Source: Patescibacteria group bacterium
GTDB taxonomy: Bacteria; Patescibacteriota; Patescibacteriia; JBAZBY01
NCBI GenBank assembly: GCA_041671225.1
Contig: JBAZBY010000001.1
Coordinates: 430,940 to 494,939 of the forward strand
DNA: 64,000 nt
Direction: 5' to 3'
Program-made: the position numbers and the translations under genes
Shown: piece by piece, positions 12,101 to 19,558 of the stretch
Position numbering within the stretch: the first letter of the stretch is position 1
Layout of the letters: each line of letters opens with the position of its first letter
The notes under the pieces: model-generated
Told to the model about the DNA's origin: nothing
Databases searched by the model: none
The model's input: only the letters and a program-made list of their open reading frames with translations

Positions 12101-12831
12101 TTGTTGGTTCCACAACCACAACGCAGCATGCGTCAGGCACGGGCAGCTTTGCCTTCACGCCGACAGAGGAACTCACTGGCGTCCAGCATACGCTGTATGC
12201 GGTTGCCGTTAGCGGCGACAGCGCCTCCAGAAATTCACCGGATGTGCATTTTACCGTAGAGCTGCCCTTCATCGGCATCACGTTCCTGGATGCATACCTT
12301 GTACAGGCACTGCCGGAACCATATATCGCCTTTGAAGGCATCGGCGCAGGCGGATCGCGCGTCGACTTTTATCTGAACGATGAATTCCTGGATCGCATCG
12401 GCTTGCTCAACGGGCATGATTCCGTGGAGCACTTCACATACAAACTGTATGCCAATAACCTAGTGCCAAAGGATTACACATTATATGCGATCGCATACGA
12501 TGATAGTGGCAAGTCTTCACGAAAATCGAACGTGGTGAGTTTCACCAAGTCCAGTGATGTTGCCGCGTCGATATTAGTGACCAGTCTGGGTAGCGCACCA
12601 GTCCCCGCAACGCCTTCTCCGCAGCCGATATCCCTGCCAACGGTCATTGGAACCGGCCCGGGTGGAACATATACCGTACAGCGCGGAGACAGCTTATGGA
12701 GCATTGCAGAGGCACAGCTTGGCGACGGCTCTCGCTACGACGAAATAATCGCATTGAACCAAGATGCGCATCCGGAGCTGCTCATGGATTCGGGGAGTAT
12801 TTACAGCGGCTGGGTTCTGCGGCTGCCCTAG
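6139..12831 (+). CDS. giant (2230 aa) cell-surface protein: N-terminal TM anchor, phage-tail-collar-like repeats, repeated beta-helix-like modules, FN3 and Ig-like domains, C-terminal LysM
   Basis: Single ORF. Collar-like segments PAGWSCQSCGSGDFYQKFPRGAATYGGTGG and HTH...LPPYRDV repeats. FN3-like TWDSSEGTTTQVRYG and ITWDTNHLADSKVRYG. EPEPEPEPE linker. C-terminal LysM GTYTVQRGDSLWSIAEAQLGDGSRYDEIIALN. Track start 6139 is GTG; alternative ATG at 6166. Confidence 0.85.
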   Translation: MIFFVKIKKMNWAAMFRHLKEQRDACLARAQAGGLFVKAIGYIACFVLDIVLVFALIPFSITASPTASFQRVARFSPDKGFIDSYDKHLKYYRASVGTALLAGVGVSLQIIFALATFGILSFSNPTQVNAVDGRMLAFWDASGPVPAGWSCQSCGSGDFYQKFPRGAATYGGTGGGTTHTHAMSYLSMSGTISSPLSLIGGAVVQASKLHTHTYIYDQTMNAGTSLPPYRDMEVIRYDTTGAPATIPAGVILMFDAAPSGSWTRYTDQDGSFIYGENDVTGTGGSETHNHTNVGYTVDASAGNAGIELGDGLGAGSFDAHTHTVSGATTNTVSTLPPYLDVLLYKATGETALPDGAIAMWDDTPADAAWTVNSGASQLFNEKFLRGNSSYTGIAAGSATHGHSNLASVTSGPSGGANNAGSGTKSGASYSHTHSISVTIGAATNYLPPYRDVIIAQYSTDITISGTIRQSNESTAYDCSANNLTVNVSVNGGANSTATCTAADGSFSVSASQPSSAGDPIVVSVDSGESVQATTVTLAADTTSAITDLDLYENRLIVRHEDAGPITNAKLATGDNGDAGIRYGVASSNLTVDNNIELHVWTGDTFIPGGIVTTQGSADFHIDDSATATLATTGNTIAGDAVVDTGATLNLNANTTIDGGAIATAGTGTVATSGTPTVTLHGTGSIGGGSGAIAFYNLTIGDASAAATTMDSDVSIANVLNVDTSDSMTIAASKTVTLGASATVTLNGSILGDGRLIYANISTTFPTSGIISSVLRFDSSSGNITIPARTYGGDVELYSNSGTIRIAPIGTAPGQTITIGGDYIIIADGTADIYSNNLTYAPIMLITGGIDFTGIGSGTERIEGGTSNWTITGGIDFTGGSCGCTTSDFTFNGGGTLNFASNTVDDLTITGTYTVTSGSLAGVNGTLDLTGSTTTLTNTTIWMRGSTGTIIGAGNAFSTLSIGNGSDIITVADSDFSVTANLNILFATDTLSIGAGRTVTLSGTLTMPGTISGEGRLTYQNAAAFPTTGTISSILRFDATNNDQTMSTRVYSGAVEIVNSSDAAARTVTMSAGDTYFLSDLTLAANGTQNVTLNAATNSATPSVGGNIDFNGTGAGTEIIVSGAQQWVVTGDVDFTGGTYTASAGNTFAMDGIGKVLTSAGTTFQHFAPYGDITLADALVVAGDVTAAGNFDAAGKAITVSGSWDGSAGAFTPNGNIVTFDATAAGKTIITGGSSFYDVDFNSASGGWTVQTDDMVTHDLTLTDAASFTLESGRTLTVQGNFTNSVPSTTTWTGTTLYLNGSGGLQTINTKGSGDTYATLRIGASEDIAMWDSSAGTVTTDAGGCLLSQDDAGTAGRLNIYGTCNSRANEYWAYATDFDGTALGGASRQADVRFADGASFTVDAGDTLQVLGQSASANRTAITRQSTGNYGVSVDGTLSAQYYDFDYLNASGLNITSTATVSELSDGSYDNNAAGASSAYITVTGNTSATTFTNIVFDSAGDGADANVVYNVNADGSGIDWTFLAAAGNKNGESFDREVNGASVVWTEIFTAVNDGLTGDADFSNDTDTLSANWAMDDETGIDHYEYAFGTTQGGTDVVNFTNAGLATVATENNLALVDGTTYYATIRAINAGDDVMEEASSNGVVVDTAAATFSNIQDSATTTTITITWDSSEGTTTQVRYGITAGYGSATIADPALLTEHSATISGLNEDTTYHYQLVGVDRAGNETTSADRTIVTDGLDPTVITNTQSTVLSSTSVLITWDTNHLADSKVRYGLTTAYGLEEYDATLVTSHSMTLTGLEPGVQYHYEVLSVGNTSTNDADATFITDAEEPEPEPEPEDELTPVENVELNGEAAQTGDDFNLIFIPKSGTLIFIGTAESNATVRIRLDGFYTASTTSDADGNWEIIISVKSTPLEFGEHIAEARVLKNGHSTSYERIAEFQLTSERYLASPTILSPEEDEIVISLRPLITGLAESGSIIHFYIDNVFVGSTTTTQHASGTGSFAFTPTEELTGVQHTLYAVAVSGDSASRNSPDVHFTVELPFIGITFLDAYLVQALPEPYIAFEGIGAGGSRVDFYLNDEFLDRIGLLNGHDSVEHFTYKLYANNLVPKDYTLYAIAYDDSGKSSRKSNVVSFTKSSDVAASILVTSLGSAPVPATPSPQPISLPTVIGTGPGGTYTVQRGDSLWSIAEAQLGDGSRYDEIIALNQDAHPELLMDSGSIYSGWVLRLP

Positions 12832-12885
12832 AGTGAGCGTACAAAATAAGTGTTCACCATCTTGCCTCATGACTCCAGTAGTCTT

Positions 12886-12913
12886 TTGACAGCTGGGCGC
12901 CCTTTGCTACACT
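12886..12913 (+). promoter_or_regulatory. sigma70-type promoter TTGACA-16-TACACT upstream of bactofilin gene
   Basis: ttgacagctgggcgccctttgctacact seen directly. Confidence 0.45.
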
Positions 12914-12964
12914 GATGAACGCGGCATACGCTGCATTCCTTATTACTATTTGAGGAGGAAAGAC

Positions 12965-13345
12965 ATGGGAAAAGAAAACGCAGAGACGATCATTGGTCCA
13001 TCAGTGCATGTGGAAGGGAACTTTCAAGGTGCTGGTGATATTGTCGTAGAGGGGAGTGTTGCTGGAACACTCAAGACCACGAGCAATGTACGTATTGGAG
13101 AGTCAGCAAAAGTGAAGGCTGATATCGAATGCGATACCATTTATGTTGCCGGTGAAGTTCGCGGCAACATCATTGCAAAAGGTCAGCTTGAAATTACGCA
13201 ATCCGGAAAAGTACAGGGCAACGTGGCGTGTACCGTGCTTTCAATTGCGCCGGGAGCAAAGCTCCATGGTAAGTGCGCGATGAACGGTAAGATGGATTCC
13301 AAAGAGGAGGCAGAAGAGCATGCAGACGACCGGAAGAGCGAATAG
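12965..13345 (+). CDS. bactofilin (DUF583) cytoskeletal polymer protein
   Basis: Beta-helical repeats VEGNFQGAGDIVVEGSVAGTLKTTSNVRIGESAKVKADIECDTIYVAGEVRGNI. ATG 12965 is preceded by GAGGAGG; the track start 12950 is TTG. Confidence 0.85.
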   Translation: MGKENAETIIGPSVHVEGNFQGAGDIVVEGSVAGTLKTTSNVRIGESAKVKADIECDTIYVAGEVRGNIIAKGQLEITQSGKVQGNVACTVLSIAPGAKLHGKCAMNGKMDSKEEAEEHADDRKSE

Positions 13346-14099
13346 CACCTACACGTACTTTTTTGATCAGTTTCTTCGCGAGAAGAAGTACGAAACAGAC
13401 GTGCATCGTATTGAGTCGCGCATTCTTGAGCTTGGCTTGAATGGGAAGATAGAGAAGCTCTCTGTACTCACCAGTGCGCGCGAGATGCTGAAGACTGCTA
13501 TTAGCCGTGGTGCGCAAACCATTGTGGCGGTGGGCAACGACCATACTTTGAGCAAGGTGGTGGACATTATTGCTGGTGAAAAAGTTATTTTAGGCTTTAT
13601 ACCCGTCGGCGATCCGCATGAGACAGCAGATATGCTTGGTATCCCAACAGGCGTCTCAGCCTGTGACGTCCTTTCGCACCGCATCATTATGGAGCTGGAT
13701 ATGGGGGAGGTGAATGACCTCCAACATTTCCTTTTTTCAGTAGAGATTCCGAGCAATTTAGTTGAGATCGAGTGTGACGGCAAGTACACCGTGCGCACAA
13801 AGGCAGAAGGAGGACAGTTTTCCATTCATAATTTTGGTTTGCCAGGCGGCCGCGTGCACAATCCCGCTGATGGGCTATTGGAAACAGTGATCACGAGGTC
13901 CAAGAAAGGAATGTTTTCACTCGGCAGTCGCCGGTTTGAAGAAGAAGGCGTGTTTCCCGTAAAGAAGGTGAAGGTCAGCTGCGCAGGTGATGCGCAAAAT
14001 CTTCTTTTGGATGGTACGACTATTGTGAAGACTCCTGCGACGGTGAAGATTTCTGCGAAGAAGCTCAAGATTATCGTGGGGAAAGGGAGACAGTTCTGA
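13320..14099 (+). CDS. DAGK_cat/NAD-kinase-fold lipid-kinase-like protein with degenerate GGDGT motif (GNDHT)
   Basis: 259 aa. AVGNDHTLSKVVD aligns to the GGDGT(L/V) loop of YegS/DgkA-type kinases. SD agaggagg. Overlaps the bactofilin gene by 26 nt. Confidence 0.5.
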   Translation: MQTTGRANSTYTYFFDQFLREKKYETDVHRIESRILELGLNGKIEKLSVLTSAREMLKTAISRGAQTIVAVGNDHTLSKVVDIIAGEKVILGFIPVGDPHETADMLGIPTGVSACDVLSHRIIMELDMGEVNDLQHFLFSVEIPSNLVEIECDGKYTVRTKAEGGQFSIHNFGLPGGRVHNPADGLLETVITRSKKGMFSLGSRRFEEEGVFPVKKVKVSCAGDAQNLLLDGTTIVKTPATVKISAKKLKIIVGKGRQF

Positions 14100-14147
14100 A
14101 GAAGGTTGTAGTGAGTAGGTGGTAGGGAGTTTTTTTATATTAAAAAC

Positions 14148-14176
14148 TTGCAATTTGGCCAAAAACGTGCTATACT
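14148..14176 (+). promoter_or_regulatory. sigma70-type promoter TTGCAA-17-TATACT driving the non-coding transcript
   Basis: cttgcaatttggccaaaaacgtgctatact. Confidence 0.55.
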
Positions 14177-14182
14177 ACTGCA

Positions 14183-14478
14183 AGCTCGATCGACAAACTA
14201 GTCCGTATGGCCAATACGGACACAACATGGCCATAATAACGCGACGGCGTTAGACAATTTCGAGCAAATTCTTATGGGATCGCTCGCACAAGCGATCTCG
14301 TGCACATCCACGTACGCCCAACCCCATAGGTTGAAGTACAGGATAACAATCGTACATTCCTATTCGGTTCATCGCTGCAATGCAGCTGAACTGATCGCCG
14401 TATACCGGCGCGCCGGCTAGTTCCCGGCAACACTTTAAGGCCCTAGGGGGCCATGACGTGCCCCTGCGGGCCTTTTTC
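14183..14478 (+). ncRNA. candidate ~295-nt structured non-coding RNA of unknown class, between its own promoter and terminator
   Basis: Stop codons in all frames. Several perfect hairpins (GTCCGTATggccaaATACGGAC; GATCGCTcgcacaAGCGATC; GCCGGCGCGCCGGC). Ends in a two-tier GC hairpin plus T-run. No tmRNA, RNase P or SRP signature motifs seen. Confidence 0.4.
14437..14478 (+). terminator. rho-independent terminator (AAGGCCC tag GGGGCcatgacgtGCCCC tgc GGGCCTT TTTTC)
   Basis: Nested GC stems followed by a T-tract, 65 nt upstream of infB. Confidence 0.7.
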
Positions 14479-14490
14479 TTACCCAAAATA

Positions 14491-14519
14491 TTGACGAAAA
14501 CGTTTATTTTCCGTATCCT
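14491..14519 (+). promoter_or_regulatory. putative infB promoter TTGACG-17-TATCCT
   Basis: ttgacgaaaacgtttattttccgtatcct. Confidence 0.4.
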
Positions 14520-14545
14520 TTGGTAGATTCACTGGGGTTTTATCT

Positions 14546-16381
14546 ATGGCCGAAGAAGAAGTACAAGAAAAAGAGATTAAGGGCGAGCCAATTGCCATCG
14601 GCAAAACGGTGGTGATTAAGGATTTAGCAGAAAAACTTGGTGTTGCGCCCACCAATGTGATTACCGAGCTCATGAAGAACGGCATTATGTCCGGTCAGAA
14701 TGAACGGATTGATTTTGATACTGCCACGATTATAGCCGCAGAGTTCCAACGGGAGGTTCTTCAAGAAGATGAAGACGCCGGTGAGCAGGCAGAAGGTATT
14801 GCAAAGCTTGAGGAAGAACTTGCAAGTCAGGAAAAAATGATCAAGCGCGCACCGGTCGTCGTTGTGATGGGCCACGTGGATCATGGTAAAACAAAGTTGC
14901 TTGATGCGATTCGCCAGACGGACGTTGTAGCAGGAGAAGCGGGCGGAATCACGCAGCACATTGGTGCGTACCAAGTGGTGAAAAAAAATCGCGAGCTCAC
15001 CTTTATTGATACACCAGGCCACGAAGCGTTTACCGCCATGCGGTCGCGCGGCGCGCGCGTCGCGGACATTGCGATTCTTGTGGTTGCCGCAGATGATGGG
15101 ATTCAACCGCAGACAAAAGAAGCGTTGCAAATTATTCAGAAGGCGGGGTTGCCGATGGTGGTTGCCATCAATAAAATCGACCGCGTAGAAGCGAATATCG
15201 ACCGCGTGAAAACGCAATTTGCTGAGTTGGGTATTCAGGCTGAGGATTGGGGCGGCAAGATCGTTATGGTGCCTATCTCTGCAAAAGAAGGTACGGGCAT
15301 CGATGACCTATTGGAAAATCTTTTATTGGTTGCTGATGTGGAAGAGAAGCGCATCATGGCAGATCCTACTCGCCGCGCCATTGGCACTATTATTGAATCA
15401 CACGTTGATGCTGGTGAAGGCGCTGCCGCGACCGTGCTTGTGCAGGCTGGTACGCTCCACGTGGGCGATAATATCATTGTTGGTAAGACTTTTGGTAAGG
15501 CGCGAACGCTCAAAGATTGGCGTGGCAAGCATGTGAAGGAAGCGCCACCATCTTTCCCTGTGCAGATTTTGGGTCTAAAAGGCAGCCCACAGGTTGGTGA
15601 TGTGCTTGAGGTTGCAGTGAATGATAAAGAGTTTCGCCGTATGCGAAAGCGTTCCGCGCAGGATCGCACTGTTCATCAAGATACTAAGGCAGCGCAAGAA
15701 GCAAATGCAAGCAGCATGACAGATGAAAATGGCGATAAGAAGGAAGATGGAAAGGAAATCGCTGAACTCAATATTGTCCTGAAGGCTGACACGCTTGGTT
15801 CTTTGGAAGCAATTGAAGCACAGATCAGCAAGCTTCATCATGATGATATTCACATCAAGCTCGTTGCCAAAGGACTTGGGAATATAACAGAAGCGGACGT
15901 GCTTCGCGCAGAAACAGCAAATGGTATTTTGTTGGGGTTCAACGTGCCGGCACAACAAGCAGCAGAGGATGTGGCGGGCGGTAAGCACATGGAGATCAAG
16001 ACTTTCAATATCATTTATGATCTCGTTGATGACGTGATTGCCCAGGCGGAATCGCGTCTTTCACCAGAAGTATTGGAAGATACACACGGAGAAATGACGG
16101 TCCTTGCGGTTTTCTTCACTAAAAAGAGGGAGCAGATTTTTGGTGGACGCATTACCAAGGGTACGATGAAGAATCCTTCTATGCTCAAGATCATGCGCGC
16201 TGGAGTAGAAGTGGCGCGCGGCAAACTCACTGAACTTGAATCAAATAAAGTGAAATCAAAGAGCGTTTCGGAAGGTTCTGAATGTGGCGTGAAGTATGAA
16301 GGTCCTGGCTTGGTGCAAGTGGGCGACATTGTACGATCCTACACACGCAAGGAGATTAAGAAAACACTCGAAGTACGCTAA
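14546..16381 (+). CDS. infB: translation initiation factor IF-2, short form (611 aa) lacking the long N-terminal domains
   Basis: G-domain [29 protein letters not shown]-terminal beta-barrel domains. Confidence 0.93.
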   Translation: MAEEEVQEKEIKGEPIAIGKTVVIKDLAEKLGVAPTNVITELMKNGIMSGQNERIDFDTATIIAAEFQREVLQEDEDAGEQAEGIAKLEEELASQEKMIKRAPVVVVMGHVDHGKTKLLDAIRQTDVVAGEAGGITQHIGAYQVVKKNRELTFIDTPGHEAFTAMRSRGARVADIAILVVAADDGIQPQTKEALQIIQKAGLPMVVAINKIDRVEANIDRVKTQFAELGIQAEDWGGKIVMVPISAKEGTGIDDLLENLLLVADVEEKRIMADPTRRAIGTIIESHVDAGEGAAATVLVQAGTLHVGDNIIVGKTFGKARTLKDWRGKHVKEAPPSFPVQILGLKGSPQVGDVLEVAVNDKEFRRMRKRSAQDRTVHQDTKAAQEANASSMTDENGDKKEDGKEIAELNIVLKADTLGSLEAIEAQISKLHHDDIHIKLVAKGLGNITEADVLRAETANGILLGFNVPAQQAAEDVAGGKHMEIKTFNIIYDLVDDVIAQAESRLSPEVLEDTHGEMTVLAVFFTKKREQIFGGRITKGTMKNPSMLKIMRAGVEVARGKLTELESNKVKSKSVSEGSECGVKYEGPGLVQVGDIVRSYTRKEIKKTLEVR

Positions 16382-16387
16382 GCCCAT

Positions 16388-16732
16388 ATGCCTGCCGGCA
16401 GAATGGAAAAGGTGAACGCATTGATTGCGCAAGAGCTTGCACAGGCATTTCAGCATGACGTGGAATTCCCCAAAGGCACTGTGGTCAGTATTATGGAAGT
16501 CATGACATCGCGTGATTTGCGCCATGCGCAGGTGCATCTTTCTATTCTCCCTGAAGCAAAAACAGAAGAGGTGCTTGATGCACTCATCGAAGCAAAAAGT
16601 GATCTTGAGGACTCGCTGCATCGGCGATTGATCATGAAGTACACCCCGAGGCTTGCCTATCGGTTGGATCATTCCATGGCCCGGCAGGAACACATTGATG
16701 TCTTACTTGACAGGCTGAAGTCTGAAGAGTAA
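16388..16732 (+). CDS. rbfA: ribosome-binding factor A
   Basis: 114 aa, KH-like RbfA pattern RMEKVNALIAQELAQ. Immediately downstream of infB as in many bacteria. Confidence 0.85.
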   Translation: MPAGRMEKVNALIAQELAQAFQHDVEFPKGTVVSIMEVMTSRDLRHAQVHLSILPEAKTEEVLDALIEAKSDLEDSLHRRLIMKYTPRLAYRLDHSMARQEHIDVLLDRLKSEE

Positions 16733-16743
16733 GTTCTTCAGTT

Positions 16744-17742
16744 ATGAAAAATCATTTTAAGGAAATCGAGCGTACGCTCCAGGGGGCTGGCCGCATTCTT
16801 CTTGCGAGCCATGAAAACCCTGATGGCGATGGGCTTGGTTCCATGCTTGCTTTTTCCTATTATCTTGATGTCCAGCAGATTCCCCATACCTGTTTTTCTA
16901 CGCACCCTATCCCTCGCATGTATCATTTTCTTCCGGGAATTACACGGTTCACGGTTGGTGAAGATACCATTGCCCTGAGCGATCATGACGTTGTGGTATT
17001 TTTTGATATTGGCGATGTGAAGCGTTCGCGCTTTGCAGACAGACTCAGACAACAAAAAGAGAAAACGAAGGTCATTAATATCGATCACCACCCCACAAAG
17101 ATGGATGTGGATGGCGTGAATGTGGTGGACATTGCGGTGATTGATACTGCAGCATCTGCAACAACACAAATGGTACACCAATATTTTGAACTTGTGGGCC
17201 ATACTTTGAATCAGGCAGCAGCAACATGCCTTATGACCGGTCTTGCAACAGACACCGGTAACTTTTCAAACCTCGGCACCACTGAGGAATCAATGTGGCT
17301 AGGTTCCAAATTGCTATTATCTGGCGCACGGTTTAATCGTATAACACTGCAGACGCTCAAGAGTAAACCGCTTGCCGATCTCAAATTGTGGGGCCGCGCA
17401 CTCGAAAGATTGAAAGAGGATCCGAAGACGAAGATGGTAACAACCGCATTATTTTTAAAGGATCTTGAGGAATGCGGAGTGAATGAAGACGCTGCAGAGG
17501 GTATTTCCAATTTTTTGAATGAACTCGAAGGCGGTAAGATTATATGCGTGTTTCGCGAAAAAGAAGGTGGCGAGGTGAAGGCGAGCATGCGCACCACGGC
17601 GCCTGATGGTGACGTGCGGAGCATTGCGGAACGTTTTGGTGGCGGCGGGCACATGAAAGCCGCGGGGTATACAGTGAAGGGGACGCTCGTGAAAGGCGAG
17701 AACGCCTGGGAGATTCAGCAAGACAAAAAGCCCTTAATCTGA
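16744..17742 (+). CDS. nrnA: DHH/DHHA1 phosphoesterase (NrnA-like oligoribonuclease/pAp phosphatase)
   Basis: HENPDGDGLGS, NIDHHP (DHH motif), C-terminal GGGGH (DHHA1). Confidence 0.85.
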   Translation: MKNHFKEIERTLQGAGRILLASHENPDGDGLGSMLAFSYYLDVQQIPHTCFSTHPIPRMYHFLPGITRFTVGEDTIALSDHDVVVFFDIGDVKRSRFADRLRQQKEKTKVINIDHHPTKMDVDGVNVVDIAVIDTAASATTQMVHQYFELVGHTLNQAAATCLMTGLATDTGNFSNLGTTEESMWLGSKLLLSGARFNRITLQTLKSKPLADLKLWGRALERLKEDPKTKMVTTALFLKDLEECGVNEDAAEGISNFLNELEGGKIICVFREKEGGEVKASMRTTAPDGDVRSIAERFGGGGHMKAAGYTVKGTLVKGENAWEIQQDKKPLI

Positions 17743-17775
17743 TAAAATAGCTTCGTTATACTATTCAACGATCCT

Positions 17776-18360
17776 ATGCCACTTATTCCAATGGTTGTCG
17801 AAAAGTCATCGTTTGGGGAACGGGCGTACGATATTTATTCGCGTCTTTTAAAGGAGCGCATCATCTTTCTCGGCGAGCCTATTGATGATACGGTTGCCAA
17901 TATCGTGATCGCGCAGATGCTCTTTTTGGAGAGCGAAGATAAGAGCAAGGATATCAAGCTCTATATCAACTCGCCGGGCGGTTCCGTGACTGCCGGCATG
18001 GCCATTTATGACACCATGCAGTATGTGAAGTCTCCGGTGATGACCATCTGCATTGGCATGGCGGCAAGCATGGCAGCCGTGCTTCTTTCTGCCGGCGCCA
18101 AAGGCAAGCGACTTGGGCTGCCGAATTCTGAAATGCTCTTGCATCAGATCATGGGCGGTGCAGAAGGCCAGGCAGCGGATATCAAGATCCAGGCGGAGCA
18201 CATCCTCCGCATCCGCGAACGGCTGGATAAGATCCTCGCCAAACACACCGGGCAGCCCTTGCCAAAAATTCAGAAGGATACGGATCGTGATTTTTGGATG
18301 ACCGCCGAGGAAGCCAAGAAATACGGTGTCATTGATAAAATCGTTGATAAAGCGCCGTAA
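17776..18360 (+). CDS. clpP: ATP-dependent Clp protease proteolytic subunit
   Basis: 194 aa. [17 protein letters not shown], catalytic Ser in [14 protein letters not shown]. Confidence 0.93.
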   Translation: MPLIPMVVEKSSFGERAYDIYSRLLKERIIFLGEPIDDTVANIVIAQMLFLESEDKSKDIKLYINSPGGSVTAGMAIYDTMQYVKSPVMTICIGMAASMAAVLLSAGAKGKRLGLPNSEMLLHQIMGGAEGQAADIKIQAEHILRIRERLDKILAKHTGQPLPKIQKDTDRDFWMTAEEAKKYGVIDKIVDKAP

Positions 18361-18429
18361 ACCACTCGCGCATTCGCGCTCGGGTTCACGGCAAGCCATT
18401 CGTTATAAAATATTTAAGGGGATTTCTAT

Positions 18430-19548
18430 ATGAATAAAGGATTTGCTATCTTACCGGTGGTGTTTATTGTCGTTGCCGTCCTTCTTGGCGGCGTGGTTGG
18501 GTATGCAGTGTATTCTTTGCCTGGTCTCACGCAGAATGATGCAGCAGCACCAGCGCAGGTGATTGCCAATGGCAATACGAATACCGGCCTGCTCGGCGGA
18601 GATAGTGATGAACATGGGTGCATAGGGTCTGCGGGGTATTCGTGGTGCGAGGCAAAACAAAAGTGCTTACGTATTTGGGAAGAAGATTGCACAACTACGA
18701 CGAACACCAATACTACTACTGACCCAATCGCAGACTGGGAGACGTATATGAATACCGCCTTTGATTATTCTCTTCAGTACCCTACGAGCTGGGAAGCGCC
18801 TTCTGCCGATGCGGAGATTGCTGAATTTGGCGTAGGGGTAAGACAGCCTTTTTGGATCAAAAAAGTAGATACAATAAGCGAAACATTGGTTGTCCCTGGG
18901 AGCAACATGAAGATTATTATTGATGGAAATGAGGCAACTCAGCAGAAAGAGGGTGGAGAAAGCACATATGTAGTGACATATTTTTCACAAATGACTGGCT
19001 ATCTTCAAGTTGGTTATGATGAATCTCTCAGTGAAGGCAACGACGTTCTCTTGTCAATTGATTTTGATTCCACTGCCGACTGGGCGACATATACAAATAG
19101 CGATATGGGGTACCGTGTCCGTTACCCGGCCAATTGGACAATAACTGAAACCAATAAAACTTCAGAGATAACCACAGGTCAAACGGTTCAGTACGTCACG
19201 ATAGCAAACGCAACTGATACATACTCTCTCCATCTTGGAGTGAAAAGCACCAGCCAATCAAATATTGATATCTGGTATCGCACAGGAATCGGCGCGGGCG
19301 ATTTTGAAGCCGGTGAGTCGGTGGCGATGGCAGGTACAAGTATCCAAACGACAAAATTGGTCTATCAAGGAAAGACTGTTGAAGTGTTTTTCAATCCAGC
19401 GGATGCCTCACCCAGCCAGGTCGTTATCGGAACGCATGCCGTATCGGCTTACTTGCACAATAATTCAGAAAACAGCGCCGATATTTTAGGATCAGACGAA
19501 TATTCGGTTGCCAAAGACATTGTGGGTACATTGGAATTTACGGACTAA
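18430..19548 (+). CDS. paralog 1 of 4: N-terminal TM anchor (MNKGFAILPVVFIVVAVLLGG), 4-Cys module, two PsbP-like DWxTY-N...YP..W repeats
   Basis: 372 aa. HGCIGSAGYSWCEAKQKCLRIWEEDC; repeats DWETYMNTAFDYSLQYPTSWE and ADWATYTNSDMGYRVRYPANW. Confidence 0.7.
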   Translation: MNKGFAILPVVFIVVAVLLGGVVGYAVYSLPGLTQNDAAAPAQVIANGNTNTGLLGGDSDEHGCIGSAGYSWCEAKQKCLRIWEEDCTTTTNTNTTTDPIADWETYMNTAFDYSLQYPTSWEAPSADAEIAEFGVGVRQPFWIKKVDTISETLVVPGSNMKIIIDGNEATQQKEGGESTYVVTYFSQMTGYLQVGYDESLSEGNDVLLSIDFDSTADWATYTNSDMGYRVRYPANWTITETNKTSEITTGQTVQYVTIANATDTYSLHLGVKSTSQSNIDIWYRTGIGAGDFEAGESVAMAGTSIQTTKLVYQGKTVEVFFNPADASPSQVVIGTHAVSAYLHNNSENSADILGSDEYSVAKDIVGTLEFTD

Positions 19549-19558
19549 TACAAACACC

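Noticed and set aside
6139-12831. Dozens of 60-250-aa antisense or out-of-frame ORFs inside the two giant genes (for example 7444..8178, 9610..10182, 55794..56594, 60740..61534)
   Set aside because: They are nested within long, motif-rich sense ORFs. Their Arg/Ala/Val-rich translations are typical of GC-rich antisense frames.
14277-14423. 48-aa ORF MGSLAQAISCTSTYAQPHRL... inside the ncRNA candidate
   Set aside because: No SD. The sequence is dominated by hairpin arms, so coding is unlikely.
14183-14478. Identity of the structured RNA as tmRNA, RNase P RNA, SRP RNA or 6S RNA
   Set aside because: There is no tRNA-like acceptor/CCA end or tag reading frame, no P4 AGGAAAGUCCGGGC motif and no SRP domain IV motif. 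6S cannot be excluded because it lacks a primary-sequence consensus. It is left as unknown class.
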